Below the pieces are notes generated by a model that worked only from the letters and a program-made list of their open reading frames with translations, was not told the DNA's origin and searched no databases. This document shows, in pieces, positions 12,420-24,616 of a stretch of 64,000 nucleotides of DNA. The position numbers and the translations under genes were made by a program. The DNA is from Octopus sinensis. Taxonomy: Eukaryota. Position 1 is the first letter of the stretch. Each line of letters begins with the position of its first letter. The stretch spans positions 22,630,001 to 22,694,000 of the forward strand of contig NC_043001.1 in NCBI RefSeq assembly GCF_006345805.1, given 5' to 3'.

Positions 12420-13640
12420 ACCTGCTGAGTATGATACTCAACTGATACAATAATCAGCTATGCAATAGACTGGAAAGGAAAATGTAGTTATGTTCAGATG
12501 GAACTAGCAGTAAGCTGATGTTTGTAGGGAAAATATTGGCGAAGGAAGAGTTTCAAGGGCTTCAGGAGATAAAAAATTGAATAAAATGCACAGTGTGGTC
12601 TTTGAAACTCAGTGGGAATGACGAAAAGAGGAGTGGTAGTGATAGTGGACATATCTTACTAGTTTGGAGGAGAAGCTCTTGAAATTATGACGAAAGAGAC
12701 AGAAAGGAAACAGCTTATTGTGTGTTAGTTGTTATAAGATTATCAAACAACCAGGCGGCCTCATTTTGGTTATTGTTTAGAATGTTTATCTGTTGCAGCT
12801 GCATTGTGGCAGGTATGTGAGCAATTCTTAATAAATACTCAGCAGCTTATCAAAGCTGAAGCTTTTTTCTGTCCTGAAAAGTGGCAAAATAGTAATAATA
12901 ATAATAATAATGGACAAGGGAAGAGAGAGAGAGGATGGATGAAAAAGAAATAGTGAGATGACATGTAGTTGGGAAGATTGTAAGAATATAGGGCAGATGT
13001 GTTGAATGGAGGAGGAGAGATAATTTGGTGACTCAGGAGGGTGATCAATGTAAAATGCGGGTGGAGAGGACAGTATTAAGAATGAAAAATGGATAAGAGG
13101 TTAAGTGGTTCTGGGTAGTAAGATGGGTAAATAGTGTTAGGGAAAGGCTGAAGTATGTAATTTTGCTCACATTAAATTACAACAGAATAGTGGAGTTAGA
13201 GAGATGATGGGTGGTGAGAATGTCTTGAGAAGGAAATTGGGCAGGTGGAGGGTAGTTGTATGTGTCTGTATATACACACATTGTACTTTTAGAATTTCAG
13301 TTTCACTGAGGTGGGCAAATCTTCTCAAGAACTGCAAATTGTCAGTCATCTCAGGCTATTGTAATCTCTTCCATTTGGTTCACAGTTTAGAGATTAGTTT
13401 ATGGAGAACAGAATACCTTGATTAAGCAATGGGAAGATAATCTTATTGAGGAAGAAACTTTGTGGTACAATAAAGGTCATGTTTGAAGGTAAGAAAAATG
13501 TTGAGTCTTTCGAGAGTCTTTGAGTTGGCGAACTGTGTCATAGAAAACAAATCGGTTTAAGGAAAGGAGAAGAGTTCCAGCCAGAGTGATTGGTAGTTTT
13601 TGTTACTAATGTTCTGGTAGAAAGCTGGGTAGCTGTTACA
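12420..13640 (-). mobile_element. decayed CR1/L2-like LINE ORF2 (endonuclease to linker)
   Basis: ISPPPFNTS resembles the LPPFSTSDH end of the APE domain. Many stops. Confidence 0.45.
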
Positions 13641-14599
13641 GTGTATGGTATGTAAATGAAGGCAGTGGCCTTTGGAAAGGAAGTGAAGTATATTTTAAAT
13701 TTTTTTCTGCATAGGCAATGCGATTGACCAGCATGATTGATTTGTTGAGAAGCATGATAAGATTTAGAAATTTTAAGTGGAAATAGACATTTGAATAAGT
13801 AGTAAGAAAATAAGTATATTTTCTACAAATACTATTTTTCTTAGTTCTGTTTAAAAAACTCTTCAGATAAACTTTGGAAAGTAAACACAATAATCAAATG
13901 TGTTCATTTTATATATTGAATATAAGCATGGATATTGCATAGATACAATATACAGAAATAAAAGCAAATGCTCACTTTTTCTGGTTTTGTTTTGTTTATA
14001 TTCTATCTATGTAATATTTATGTTTGACGGTCAATATATAGAAATCTATTGTCTGAACAATCCTAGATTGTTAATCAATAAATTCAAACAGTTTTCTTAG
14101 GAGCTAAAATTACAAACACACTGTTGTTAAATCCTTGAAAGGAAAGCGAATTATATTAGCTAAGTTAGTTGTAGATTTGATTTGGATTTTGAAAAGAATA
14201 AAAAAAATATTCCCATTGTAAAATATCTCTCTCTTAAAAATACATGTATGTCTCTGAATATGTAAACTTGTAAAATTTATGGTAGTATATGAACTTGCCT
14301 TTTTGTACTAAGTATTCATGTATTTGTGGTTAAAAATCATATCATGGCTATCTCGTATGCTTGACTGGGTTCTTCATATTGGAAATTTCCTGTTTGTCTG
14401 ATAAGCCAGATTTTAAGCTTCATAATCCTGTATTAGTTTCAACCATTTTAGCAGAAGTTCTACAATTTATTTCATCGACATATACTTATTTATTCATCTT
14501 CATACTTCCACCAAATCAAACTATATTAGTGTATATTTGTAATTTTGTTGGAATCTAAAATGTTTAAGTTTTGGAATTTCCCTATTTTTGGAATGAAGA

Positions 14600-14790
14600 G
14601 GTCATAATTGTTGTGTAGACCGAGGTCCACTCTGATTGAGCAAATCTATGATCAAAGGTGTTCTAGTTGTGACCAACTTTCCTTTATGCAAGGAACCCTG
14701 AACCACATTTTCTAACATGTCCTTTTCTAACCCTGTAATCTCATCAAGGATATTTGGCTGCTGTCTCTAGCTGCTCAAACGTCCACATAG
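14600..14790 (+). repeat. unclassified interspersed repeat family D
   Basis: GAGGTCCACTCTGATTGAGCAAATCTATGATCAAAGG..GCTGCTGTCTCTAG. Related copies near 15300-15480, 17940-18030, 30830-31040, 39600-39780, 43920-44100 and 50960-51220. Confidence 0.6.
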
Positions 14791-15974
14791 AAACTATATT
14801 GTTGGTTTGTTGTGTTGTACTTGATGTTCCTATATAGCTATTTCTTCAGTACGTTTTGTTTCTTTTCCTTTGTAGTGTTTTCCGGATGCTTCTACAATTA
14901 TTTTGTGGAATTGTATGTTGATGATTATGTTGTTGTTGTTCTGTGAACTGATTTGGCTCTGATTCTCTTAACTTTTTTAAAGTACTTACTGGCTGTTTTA
15001 TACAAAGGTGTTACCTTCAAACATTTTTTCACGCTTGGTGTCAAGTTTTTTTCTTTGTGTCAGATTTATAATTGTTTGACCAGCATTCTCTCTGTAAACA
15101 TTTTTTCCGTTTTCTTTGCTGGCTTATTGTTTTCAGATTTAAATTCTTCAGTGCTTTCCTCTTTTTAAGATGGCAGGGAGTAGTCGGAGAATTCGGCTGC
15201 TGATTGACTGACTATGTAGAGGCTCTGTAGAGCCTGGAGAAATGATTGAACTTACTAGCATTTTCAATCACTAACTCCACAAGCCACAATGAGAGCTTCT
15301 ACATGGTTACTTGGCCTGCTAGAAGCAATAATCAAATTTTTTTCATATTATAAATCTTGAAGAGGAAGGATATTGGACAATGTAGCAGTAGATACCGTGT
15401 CTGTGAAAAGATAGGATGGTTACGAGCAGAAGATCTTTGATCATAGATCTACTTGGTTAGATTTTGCTTTGGGCGATACAATCACCACTAATGCTAACAC
15501 TGCCAAACCTCAGAAATATTGACCAAATTATAACAGTTCTAAAATCTGACTCAAACCCACATGAAATAATATCATACATATCCACCAACCTTCCTTGTGC
15601 ATCCTAAATAAGAAGTCTTGATCTAGATATCACCAGCTTACTGAATTCTTACTTGTCTTTCCAATTCACTGCATAAATTCAGTTTAGCACCATAGTGCTG
15701 ACAATCCTCATTCAAAGAATATATAGCAATGTCAGTTGCAACAAAATACTCAGTCTTGATTGAAAATGATAATACAGTTACATATTCTCATCACAGTTTC
15801 ACAACTTCTCTGGTTATTCATCAATCATCTAGAAATGTCGGCTCAAAAGAACAGAGTTAAAGTAGCACCTACCATTTACCATACCAGCTCCATCAGACAC
15901 CATCAAATACAACCATCCTCATAGTAATAGCATAAATTTCTCATATACACACAACCAGTGGTGACTCCAGCAAT

Positions 15975-16140
15975 TTTGTTACATTGTGCAGATGGCCTAT
16001 AAACATCCTTTGATGTGCTGTGGTGTTTATCATTGGCCATGGTTAGTTACAAAGAAAGGAGGGTCTCAGGTAGGGCTGACATAATTCATTATGGATTGAA
16101 TATATAGTTAGCACACTGTTATTTTTTTGTGCCAAGCAAA
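15975..16140 (-). repeat. inverted copy of 17137-17295
   Basis: About 90% identical reverse complement, read base by base, with one short indel. Confidence 0.9.
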
Positions 16141-16191
16141 GTAAAGAATTATCTACAACATCCCTGTTACACATAGAGCTCAGTAAAAGTA
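16141..16191 (+). repeat. 51-bp direct copy of 18037-18087
   Basis: GTAAAGAATTATCTACAACATCCCTGTT(A/G)CACATAGAGCTCAGTAAAAGTA, one mismatch. Confidence 0.95.
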
Positions 16192-16200
16192 CCCAAAAGT

Positions 16201-16288
16201 TAAAATTAAAAGTAATTCAAATTTAGTATTTTCTTGAAACAATAAATTTCTATAGAGATTAGTATTTAAATTCCAATCTACGGAAAGT
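16201..16288 (+). repeat. 88-bp direct copy of 16551-16638
   Basis: AAAATTAAAAGTAATTCAAATT..CCAATCTACG(G/A)AAAGT, few mismatches, offset 350. Confidence 0.95.
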
Positions 16289-16899
16289 ATAAATTTAGTA
16301 AAGTGAACGTGTATTTGCAAAATGGATTTAATTTCTGCCAACACTGACTTCAAGTCTGTAAATGCAGCCAATAACTTGGACTCCTTTTATTGAGCCTGGT
16401 CGCAGTTCATTTATTTTTGTTCAGCGTCTGGTGGTCAACTTAGAGGTGCTCTGTGTCAAAAAATATTTGTAGCGGACATCCTCTTGACATCATTTATACA
16501 CGTCTGACTCGGGCTCAGAAGTTACAGCCCAAGTTGTTATCTATGATCGTAAAAATTAAAAGTAATTCAAATTCAATGTTTTCTTGAAACAATAAATTTC
16601 TATAGAGATTAGGATTTAAATTCCAATCTACGAAAAGTTTCTGTCCTCCAATATTCTTAATGGAACAAAAAATTATCTAGCAACTTGGGCTAATATGAAT
16701 GAGCCTAGTAGGTGTAAAAAAAACTAACTGGCATCTCCTGTGAAGAGTGCAGGCAACAGTCAGATCGGTGATGTTTGTTGCGCACTCTGCTGTGGTTATT
16801 TGATTGCTGTTATTCTGTGTGTCTGTGTGCAAAGATCAGTTCTGTTTTGCAGGGTTGTTTTATTTTAACCCTTAACTTAGAAATGGAGAAAGACATAGT

Positions 16900-17700
16900 G
16901 CTAGATATAAAAAAAATAAGCCATTTGTGGCTAGAAATAAAGCGGAAAAATGTAAAATTCTTCGAGCAGGCATGTCTTATGCAAAATCTGTGATGAGCCC
17001 AAGTGATGCTGATGACCTGGAGTCGTCTCTGCCCATGACACAGAAATATTCTGAGTTACATAAGATATTCACAGCACTCATAAGCAACATAGCAAAACGG
17101 ACCACAAACATACATAAAGCATTCTTAGCTTCTCTTTTTGCTTGGCACAAAAAAACAACAGTGTGCTAACTATATATTCAATCCATAATGAATTATGTCA
17201 GTCCTACCTGAGACCATCCTTTCTTTGTAACTAATCATGGCCAATGATAGACACCACAAAGGATGTTTACAGGCCATCTGCACAATGTAACAAATATTAA
17301 AAGTAACAAAAATTTAACATGCTACACTGCATTCCACGCAATTAACAACTGCATGGTGGAGTGTGCTATATGTTTCTCAACCAGATGCATTTAATTGGTT
17401 TATGCATTAACTATAGATTGCACTAAGTGTTTGGTTGATTACCTATGTACTATAAATCTACTTAAACAATGTTTCACAAACTCACACTAATAAAGCTTTT
17501 GCCTCCAGTCATTTCTATCCACTTATAATCAAAATACTAAGCGCTAACTTCAAAAACACACAAAATCCTGATTGGTTAATTATGGCTTGTGAACACCAAG
17601 AACAATAACAACACACCTAGAATCTATAATTTCCTGAATGGTGTATAGTAAAGGCCTAACACACTCCATTTAACTGTACCTACCTACATTACTTATAAAA
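16900..17700 (+). mobile_element. decayed LINE RT C-terminal region (CR1/L2 clade)
   Basis: ISNIAKRTTNIHKAFLASLFAWHKKT..IMNYVSPT*D..QRMFT resembles HI..I..KA......R.L.......Y...VRP.LEY.SP.W....QRRFT. Confidence 0.6.
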
Positions 17701-18179
17701 CATACACACTGACTCCTGCAGCTGTCATCTGCACTGTTCCTCAGATTCCCCGTTATTCCTCAGATACTGTTGCTTAACAACTCCCATCTTACATCAGCCA
17801 CCCAAAACCTGGCTCTAAACAAATAAGCTAGAAGTAGCACCTATCAGATCCACTATCTCTCTTTTTTTTTTCCCCCAACATCAAAGAACATCCAGGTAAC
17901 CACCACCACCACCATACTTAGTAACATAATCATATGTAGAAGAGTTGAAGATGCCTCTAGCTAGCTACTTGATCTAATAGAAATAGCAGCCAGGTCTATT
18001 TGATCAAAGCTGACTTGGAGGTTAAACAACATGACTGTAAAGAATTATCTACAACATCCCTGTTGCACATAGAGCTCAGTAAAAGTAGCCAATGCACAAA
18101 CCTTCTAAAAGCAAAAATTAATAATAAAAATAATATATCCATCATGGATTGCATAGTTCCCATCATCATCATCATTAGG

Positions 18180-18680
18180 TGATCCCAGTCAAGAGAGACC
18201 TTACTACTTCTTCCAAGAGTTCATGATTCTTCATTAACACACCAAGGTCTTGCACTTCATATCCTGAATCTCTGGTGATGACATCTGGATATGGGAGCCT
18301 GTGACTTTTCCCACCAGCTAGCTAGGGCATGCAAACGACATGTTGACAAATGTAGCTTATTTGTTTCAAAGCAGTGCACATCAAGTTGTACTCTGTTACC
18401 TCACTTGTTTCCAAACAAGGTGATATTTCACCTTGGCCTGACATACTTTCCAGAGAAGACTGGACACAAACAACATTACTTGTATGAGGATAATGGTTGT
18501 TCACAACCATTATACAATGTCAAGACAGGGTACACACATGCACACACACACACACACACACCAAGCTTCTTTTAGTTTCTGTCTACCAATTCCAATCATA
18601 AGGTTTCAGTTGGCCCTAACCACAGTAGAAGAAACTTGCTCAAAGTGCCATGCATTGGGACTGAACCTAAAACCCATACT
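18180..18680 (-). mobile_element. composite SINE: family A head + (TG)n + family B-type tail
   Basis: Same module order as 24298-24616 and 48110-48465. Confidence 0.6.
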
Positions 18681-19434
18681 ATTAGCTATATTTGTGTTGA
18701 ATATAAACACCATTGCATGGTCCTTGAGGGCCTTCAGTGGAGCTCATTCTGTTGCAAGCATTTGGTCAGGTCTCTGCTTTGCAGAAAATTCCTTTCTTCC
18801 TACCAAACAAACAACAATAACTGTGTAGCTTGCAGCATCTGTATCATGAGCAATCTTTTACAGTACAGATTAAGGTCTTTAGAGAAGAACCACTTGCCTC
18901 CTGCTAGTGTTTTGGCTCTTAATTCCTTAAACTCTAAGGGAGCCAGGCCACATACAGGTCATGACTCCTGGACACCCCTCTGTTGTTGCATTTTGTGCTG
19001 TCTGCTTTGTAACTCTCCTGGATGGTTTAGGTGCTCCAGCACCAAGGTACCTTGGGTTTCTAAAATTAATTTCCCATTTGATCCAGAGTGACATAAAACA
19101 TTGCAACATTAGTTTTAAGACAATCCCTTTCACATCTGAGTTCAAAGCCAGCAAAGGAGCAATATTATTAATTCATCCAAGCACTAATAATAGAAAAGGA
19201 TTATAGTAATACCAAAACTATTAACACTATGTAGTTAGAAGCTTTTTGATAGATAATTTGTTTGAGTGTAATTAATAACTGTATCTTAGGTTAATGTGAC
19301 AAGTTACATATATGATTTTTGTTTTTTGTTGTGATTCTATTTTCAGCTAAAATTAATTATAAATTTTCTCATTTCAAATATTCTCCCTCAAAAATTTCTA
19401 TATTTATTTAAAAGTATCAAACTTTGAAGAATAA

Positions 19435-19892
19435 TCCTTTAGCATTCAGATTACCATGTTGAGTGCAATGCATATTTATTCACATTGTTTTCTATTGATC
19501 CTGCACTATCTTGCAGCTTCAAAATTTTGATATGATTGTCATCATCATCATCGTTTAACGTCTGCTTTCCATGCTAGCATGGGTTGGATGATTTGATTGA
19601 GGACTGGTGAACCAGATGGCTGCACCAGACTCCAATCTAATCTGGCAGAGTTTCTACAGCTGGATGCCCTTCCTAACGCCAACCACTCCGAGAGTGTAGT
19701 GGGTGCTTTTATGTGCCACCTTCATGAGGGCCAGTCAAGCGGTACTGGCAAGAGCCATGCTCAAATGATGTTTTTTATGTATATTTTTCAAATGACATTG
19801 TAGGGTAGATGTGAGAGGCAGGACCTCACTAGTTCGAACATAAAACAAATAGAACATTTGGGTTGGATATGGTTGGTTTAAATGCTAAAAGG
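19435..19892 (-). mobile_element. MITE P1 interrupted by a family B retroposon (~19540-19785)
   Basis: TCCTTTAGCATTCAGATT left end and AATGCTAAAAGG+TTAA right end, with a B copy in the middle. Confidence 0.8.
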
Positions 19893-20320
19893 TTAAAGCA
19901 TAATTTTACTGTTGATTGCAGTTATTTTTCTATCATTAATAATTTTCTTTTTTCAATTTTCATCTCAAAAGTTGATTAAAAAGCAAGATTCAGTTGATCT
20001 AATTAAACAACCTGTTTTATATTGTAAAATTAATAATTATATCTAGCTTTTGTTTTTAAAATTATATCATAGAATGTATTAAACAAAGTGAGACAAAAAT
20101 TTATATAATTACTACCAAACAAGCTGCTTTGTACAATACAATAAATTAAATTTTCTTTAAATTTTTTATCAACGTTTTCAATTAAAAAAATGTCTTACAA
20201 ATTAAAAATTATGATTTGTATTCAATGTTTTCAAAGAAGTGGGTCATAAACATTTTAATAATCTTATATTAGATAGGTTCATATTTGGATTTATATTTGA
20301 ATGAAGAATTAAATAAAATC

Positions 20321-20635
20321 CAGGCATGGCTGTGTGGTTAAGAAGCTTGTTTTACAACCACATAGTTTTGGGTTCAATCCCCTGTGTAGCACCTTACCCA
20401 AATGTACAATAGCTTAAACAGAAACTGTACGAAAGTCCTATGTATGTATGCATGTCTACGTGTATCTATCCTCACTGCTTGACAACTGGTGTTGGTTTGC
20501 TTATGTCCCTGTAACTTAGTAGTTTGGAATAAGCCCAATAGAATAATTACCAGACTAGGGTCATTTGTTCAACCAAACCCTTCAAGGGGAAGGATGTCCT
20601 AATATGACTACAGTCCTGTTATTGAAAGATGTAAT
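20321..20635 (+). mobile_element. SINE family A, older copy
   Basis: CAGGCATGGCTGTGTGGTTAAGAAGCTTG..GGTTCAATCCC..GCTTGACAACTGGTGTTGG. Confidence 0.8.
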
Positions 20636-22329
20636 AGATACAAGATATGGCTATGGTGAAGAAATTTTTTTAGTTGATGTTATGTCTTTTTTTTTTCCAA
20701 ATTGCCAGCAAATTGAACAAGATTGTTGAGAATTTAAAATGTATTGTGACACCGATTGGTATTTATCTGGGTGATATTTTGAAAATGTAACTGAACTTTT
20801 AATGCCCTTATAAATTGCAAGAAATCATTTTCAACATTGGTGTCAAATTGATGTTGATTAACATAGTTGCAGTGAATTGTTTTAGTTTGGAAGCAAATAT
20901 GAAGACACAGTTAACATAGTTACATAGTTGTGGCACTAAATATAATAATTACTGTGAATCTGAAGTTGAATAAAAACACCACATAAAATTTAACAACTTT
21001 GAAATAATTTTTCTAATTGGCAGACATAAAATTATTTTGGAGAAATTCTTCAGTTGGTGTATAAACATTTTGTCATATATTTTTATTGGCTGCAATTCTT
21101 CTTAATTAAAAAAACCAAAAAAACTTAATGGTTTGATTTATAATCACAGTTGTATTTGAATTATTAATAAGTAATTCGGTGTTTATGTCTTCTGTTAATT
21201 TAAAAAAAGTTGAAGATTTCTTTTTTTTGAGAGATAAGGGAGTTTACAACTGCAATGAATTCTTTTTTGCTATAAAGAATATTTGTTAAAGATAGAATTA
21301 AAATTCACAACAAAAGTAATGAAAATAAGAGTAAGTTTAATATTTTCAGATGTGTGTGTGTACCATAAAATTCTGATAAGCACAGGTAACTCATTCATGA
21401 AAATGCTCTGTAATATAATAATAAAGGATAGTGAAAATGTGTTTATTATTCAACAGTTTATTAAAAATGCAATGCTATGCATTACTGTGGTGTACAAGAG
21501 AGAGAGAGAGAGGGAGAGAGAGAAATTATTTCCTTGAAAAATACTTAACTAGACAGTGGCAGCAAATTGGTAAACTTAATGTTGAAGAAATTACTTTCCA
21601 GTATTTGTTTTGGCTGTCTCTGCTCTGAGTACAAACTCACTACAGCCAAAATTTTCCTTCCATCTTTTGGGATTGATAAAATAAAGAACCAGCTCTGAGC
21701 AGTGCATTAGCAGAATTGGTAGAGCATCAACTGAGATGCTTTGTGATATTTCTTCCAGCTCTTCATATTCTTAAGTTCTTGGGTGGCCAACTTAATCTAT
21801 CACCTGGTTTAACTCCATCACCTGGTACCTTGGAAGCCTTGAACAGTGTTCACCATTCTGAAAGCATTTAGGTCAGGTCTCCTGTTTGAGGATAACTTAT
21901 TTACTTCCTTCTACTAATTTCTGAAGTTCAAGAAAGTATGTCATGGGCACTGCCTTTTCCTCTCTTGACAGCATGGTATCTCCTCTATTGAAAAAAAAAG
22001 AAAATCACAGGACTTCTTTTATCTTTTTTTTCTGAAACCCATCTTATCTTACCTTCTGTCCATGTTCTCTCTTATACTGACTATGTATCTTGAGTGTATG
22101 CTTTGGCACCTCATCACCACTGTTTCTATCTTCTTTCCAGCTACTCACACCCATCCTTGTAAGGCCTTGTATAATGTGAGTTAGCAATGTATCTTCTCTA
22201 TAAGACACCTGTGCTTGTCTCTCCATCATACTTTAGTTTTTCAACACTGGGCATAAAGCCACCTCCCTCTCTCTCAAATATACTCCTGCTTAGTTGAAGG
22301 GACTTTTTCTTTTCTTGTCTTGCAAGTTA

Positions 22330-22540
22330 CCAGGCAACCTCACTAGTGCTGGTGCCATAAAAGCAATTCCCCTTCCCCAGTGCACACTGTAAAGTGGTTG
22401 GCATTAAGAAAGGTTTGGAACCATAGAAACCATACCAATGCTGATGTTGGATCTTGAAGCAGTTCTGTGACTCGTCGGATCCTCTCAAACTGTCCAACAC
22501 ATGCCAGCATGGAAAATGAATGTTAACTGATGATGATGAC
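22330..22540 (+). mobile_element. retroposon family B
   Basis: Ends CCAACACATGCCAGCATGGAAAATGAATGTTAACTGATGATGATG. Confidence 0.75.
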
Positions 22541-22801
22541 CAAGACTTTTTCACTTGTTTTTATTTTATCCATAGTAATTGAGGTTATATCATGTATGGT
22601 ATTTTAGTGTCTATTGCTGTGCTGAGTGAGGTTAGCTGCTTCACTTTATATTGAAACAGTTATATAAAGGCGAAAAGTTAGGATTCAAATGGCAGTTAAC
22701 AGCCATACAATAGCTGCTGCTGCTAAACTGTGGTATTTTTGAGGGTTTTCTTTCCATTTATAAATTTTGTAATTTTTTTCTTTCTCATTTTATAATTTTA
22801 G

Positions 22802-22848
22802 GAATTTGGTGTCAATTTATAAACCATGCTATTTGAAGCTGTTTTATT
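22802..22848 (+). other. candidate micro-exon with possible ATG at 22826 (MLFEAVL)
   Basis: Long U-rich tract + TTTTAG and ATT|GTATGT donor. No homology recognised. Confidence 0.25.
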
Positions 22849-22905
22849 GTATGTATACACACTGTGTGTGTGTGCATGTGTGTGCATACATAATACAGTG
22901 TCTTA

Positions 22906-23120
22906 TCTTTTACTTATTTCAGTCATTGGACTGTTGCCATGCTGGGGCACCATTCTAAAGTATTTTAGTCCTCTTTTTTAAGTCTGGTACTGATTCTATT
23001 GGTCTCCTTTATCAAACTGCTAAATTACAACGATGTAAACATCCCAACACTGGTTGTCAAATGTTAGTGGGGGGACAAACACACACACACGAAAGGCTTC
23101 TCCGCAGTTTCCGTCTTCTA
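22906..23120 (-). mobile_element. SINE family A 3' half
   Basis: CTTTTACTTATTTCAGTCATTGGACTG..GGGGGACAAACACACAC. Confidence 0.8.
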
Positions 23121-23494
23121 TGGAGGTAAAATGGACAAAGCTATTCTGTTGATACCTGTTGAGGCAGAAACCCTTGTTATGGTTGCCCTTGTCTCTGAAG
23201 CAAAACTCAGATCATCTTTTTCTGCTATCATGTTAATTCACTAAGAATTACTAATTGCTTGAAATCATGTCCATTTGTCATTCAAAGCCATAAACAGTCC
23301 TCACAACATTTTCCTTCAACCTTTTCTGTCAAAAGAATTAAAAAAAAATTAAGAATTTAACAAGTATATCACTACTTAATTTCTTACAAATGTTAGAAAT
23401 TTAACCTCATAAAGCAACCATTTCCTGTTGATACATTTTGTGTGTATATATGCAGCAGTGTCTATGAAATTTGGTAAATTGAAACTATACAGAT

Positions 23495-23870
23495 CATCAC
23501 CATCATCATCATTTAACAGCCATTGTCCATTCTGGCTTGGGTTTGACAGTTTGACCAGGGCTAGTAAGCTGAGGGGCTGCACCAGATTCCAGTCTGATCT
23601 GGCATGGTTTCTACGGCTGTATGCCCTTCCTAACACCAACTACTCTGAGTGTGTAATAGGTCCTTTTACATGCCATGGGCACAAGCGCCAGTTGCATGAC
23701 CCCAATATCTGCCATTGATTACAATTTCACTTGGCTTGATGGATCTTCCTTCTCAAGCACAACACATTGCCAAAGGTCTCTGTTGTTTTGTCATTGTCTG
23801 CATGAGGCCCAGCGCTTAAAAGGTGCTTTTTATGTGCCACTGGCACAGTTGCTAGTTCAGTGACACCAGC
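23495..23870 (-). mobile_element. retroposon family B
   Basis: CATCATCATCATTTAACAGCC..GCCCTTCCTAACACCAACTACTCTGAG. Confidence 0.8.
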
Positions 23871-24297
23871 CTCAGCCATCATACATAAATGTACTTGTGT
23901 ATATTGATAGGAGTAAACCTTGTGTATTTAGTTGTAACTGAATTATCTCCTCTTATGCTACACCTTACATATTTTATAGATAAGTACATGATTATGCAGT
24001 AGGATCAGTATAATCAACTATAATCCTTGAAGATGGTGCTCCAGAATAAACATACACAAAGGACAAAACAGTAAAAATAATACATAACTTTAATTAGCTT
24101 TATTTGGTCATTCATTCAGTCACAGCTGTCTTTTGACTTTATTGAAACTGGTTTTACCATCTTTTTATGAAGGTGCCTTGCCTTAGAATCTGCAAGAAAC
24201 GGAAAAGTTGGATTCTCATGTTTGTATATTTAAAATATTTAATTGTTTGTGTACTTGTAAACATGGCACTGAAAGACTGACTATACTGGCATAATAA

Positions 24298-24616
24298 TGA
24301 TCATCATTTTACTGTTCACTTTTCCATGGTCATGGGTTGGATGGAATTTGCTGAGGCAGGTGTTCTATTGCTGGATGCGCTTCCTGGTGCCAACCCTCAC
24401 CTGTTTCCAAGTAAGGTAATATTTGTTCATGGCCAGACATATTTTCACAGAAGATTGAAAATGCTGGTTTACAGTCCTCATGCAGTAAATACACACACAC
24501 AACAAACTTTTTTTAGTTTCTGTCTACTTAATCCACTCACATGTCTTTGGTTGGCCAGGTGCTATAGCAGAAAACACAGTGCAAAGCAAACTTAACTTCA
24601 CAGCCATGCCTGTGCT
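24298..24616 (-). mobile_element. composite SINE: family A head + family B-type tail
   Basis: Minus strand reads GCACAGGCATGGCTGTG head, CORE-like part, (TG)n, then a body ending CCATCCAACCCATGACCATGG..ATGATGATC. Confidence 0.7.

Noticed and set aside
18636-19206. 151-aa ORF and overlapping ORFs
   Set aside because: They span SINE and other repeat fragments and have no recognisable protein motif.
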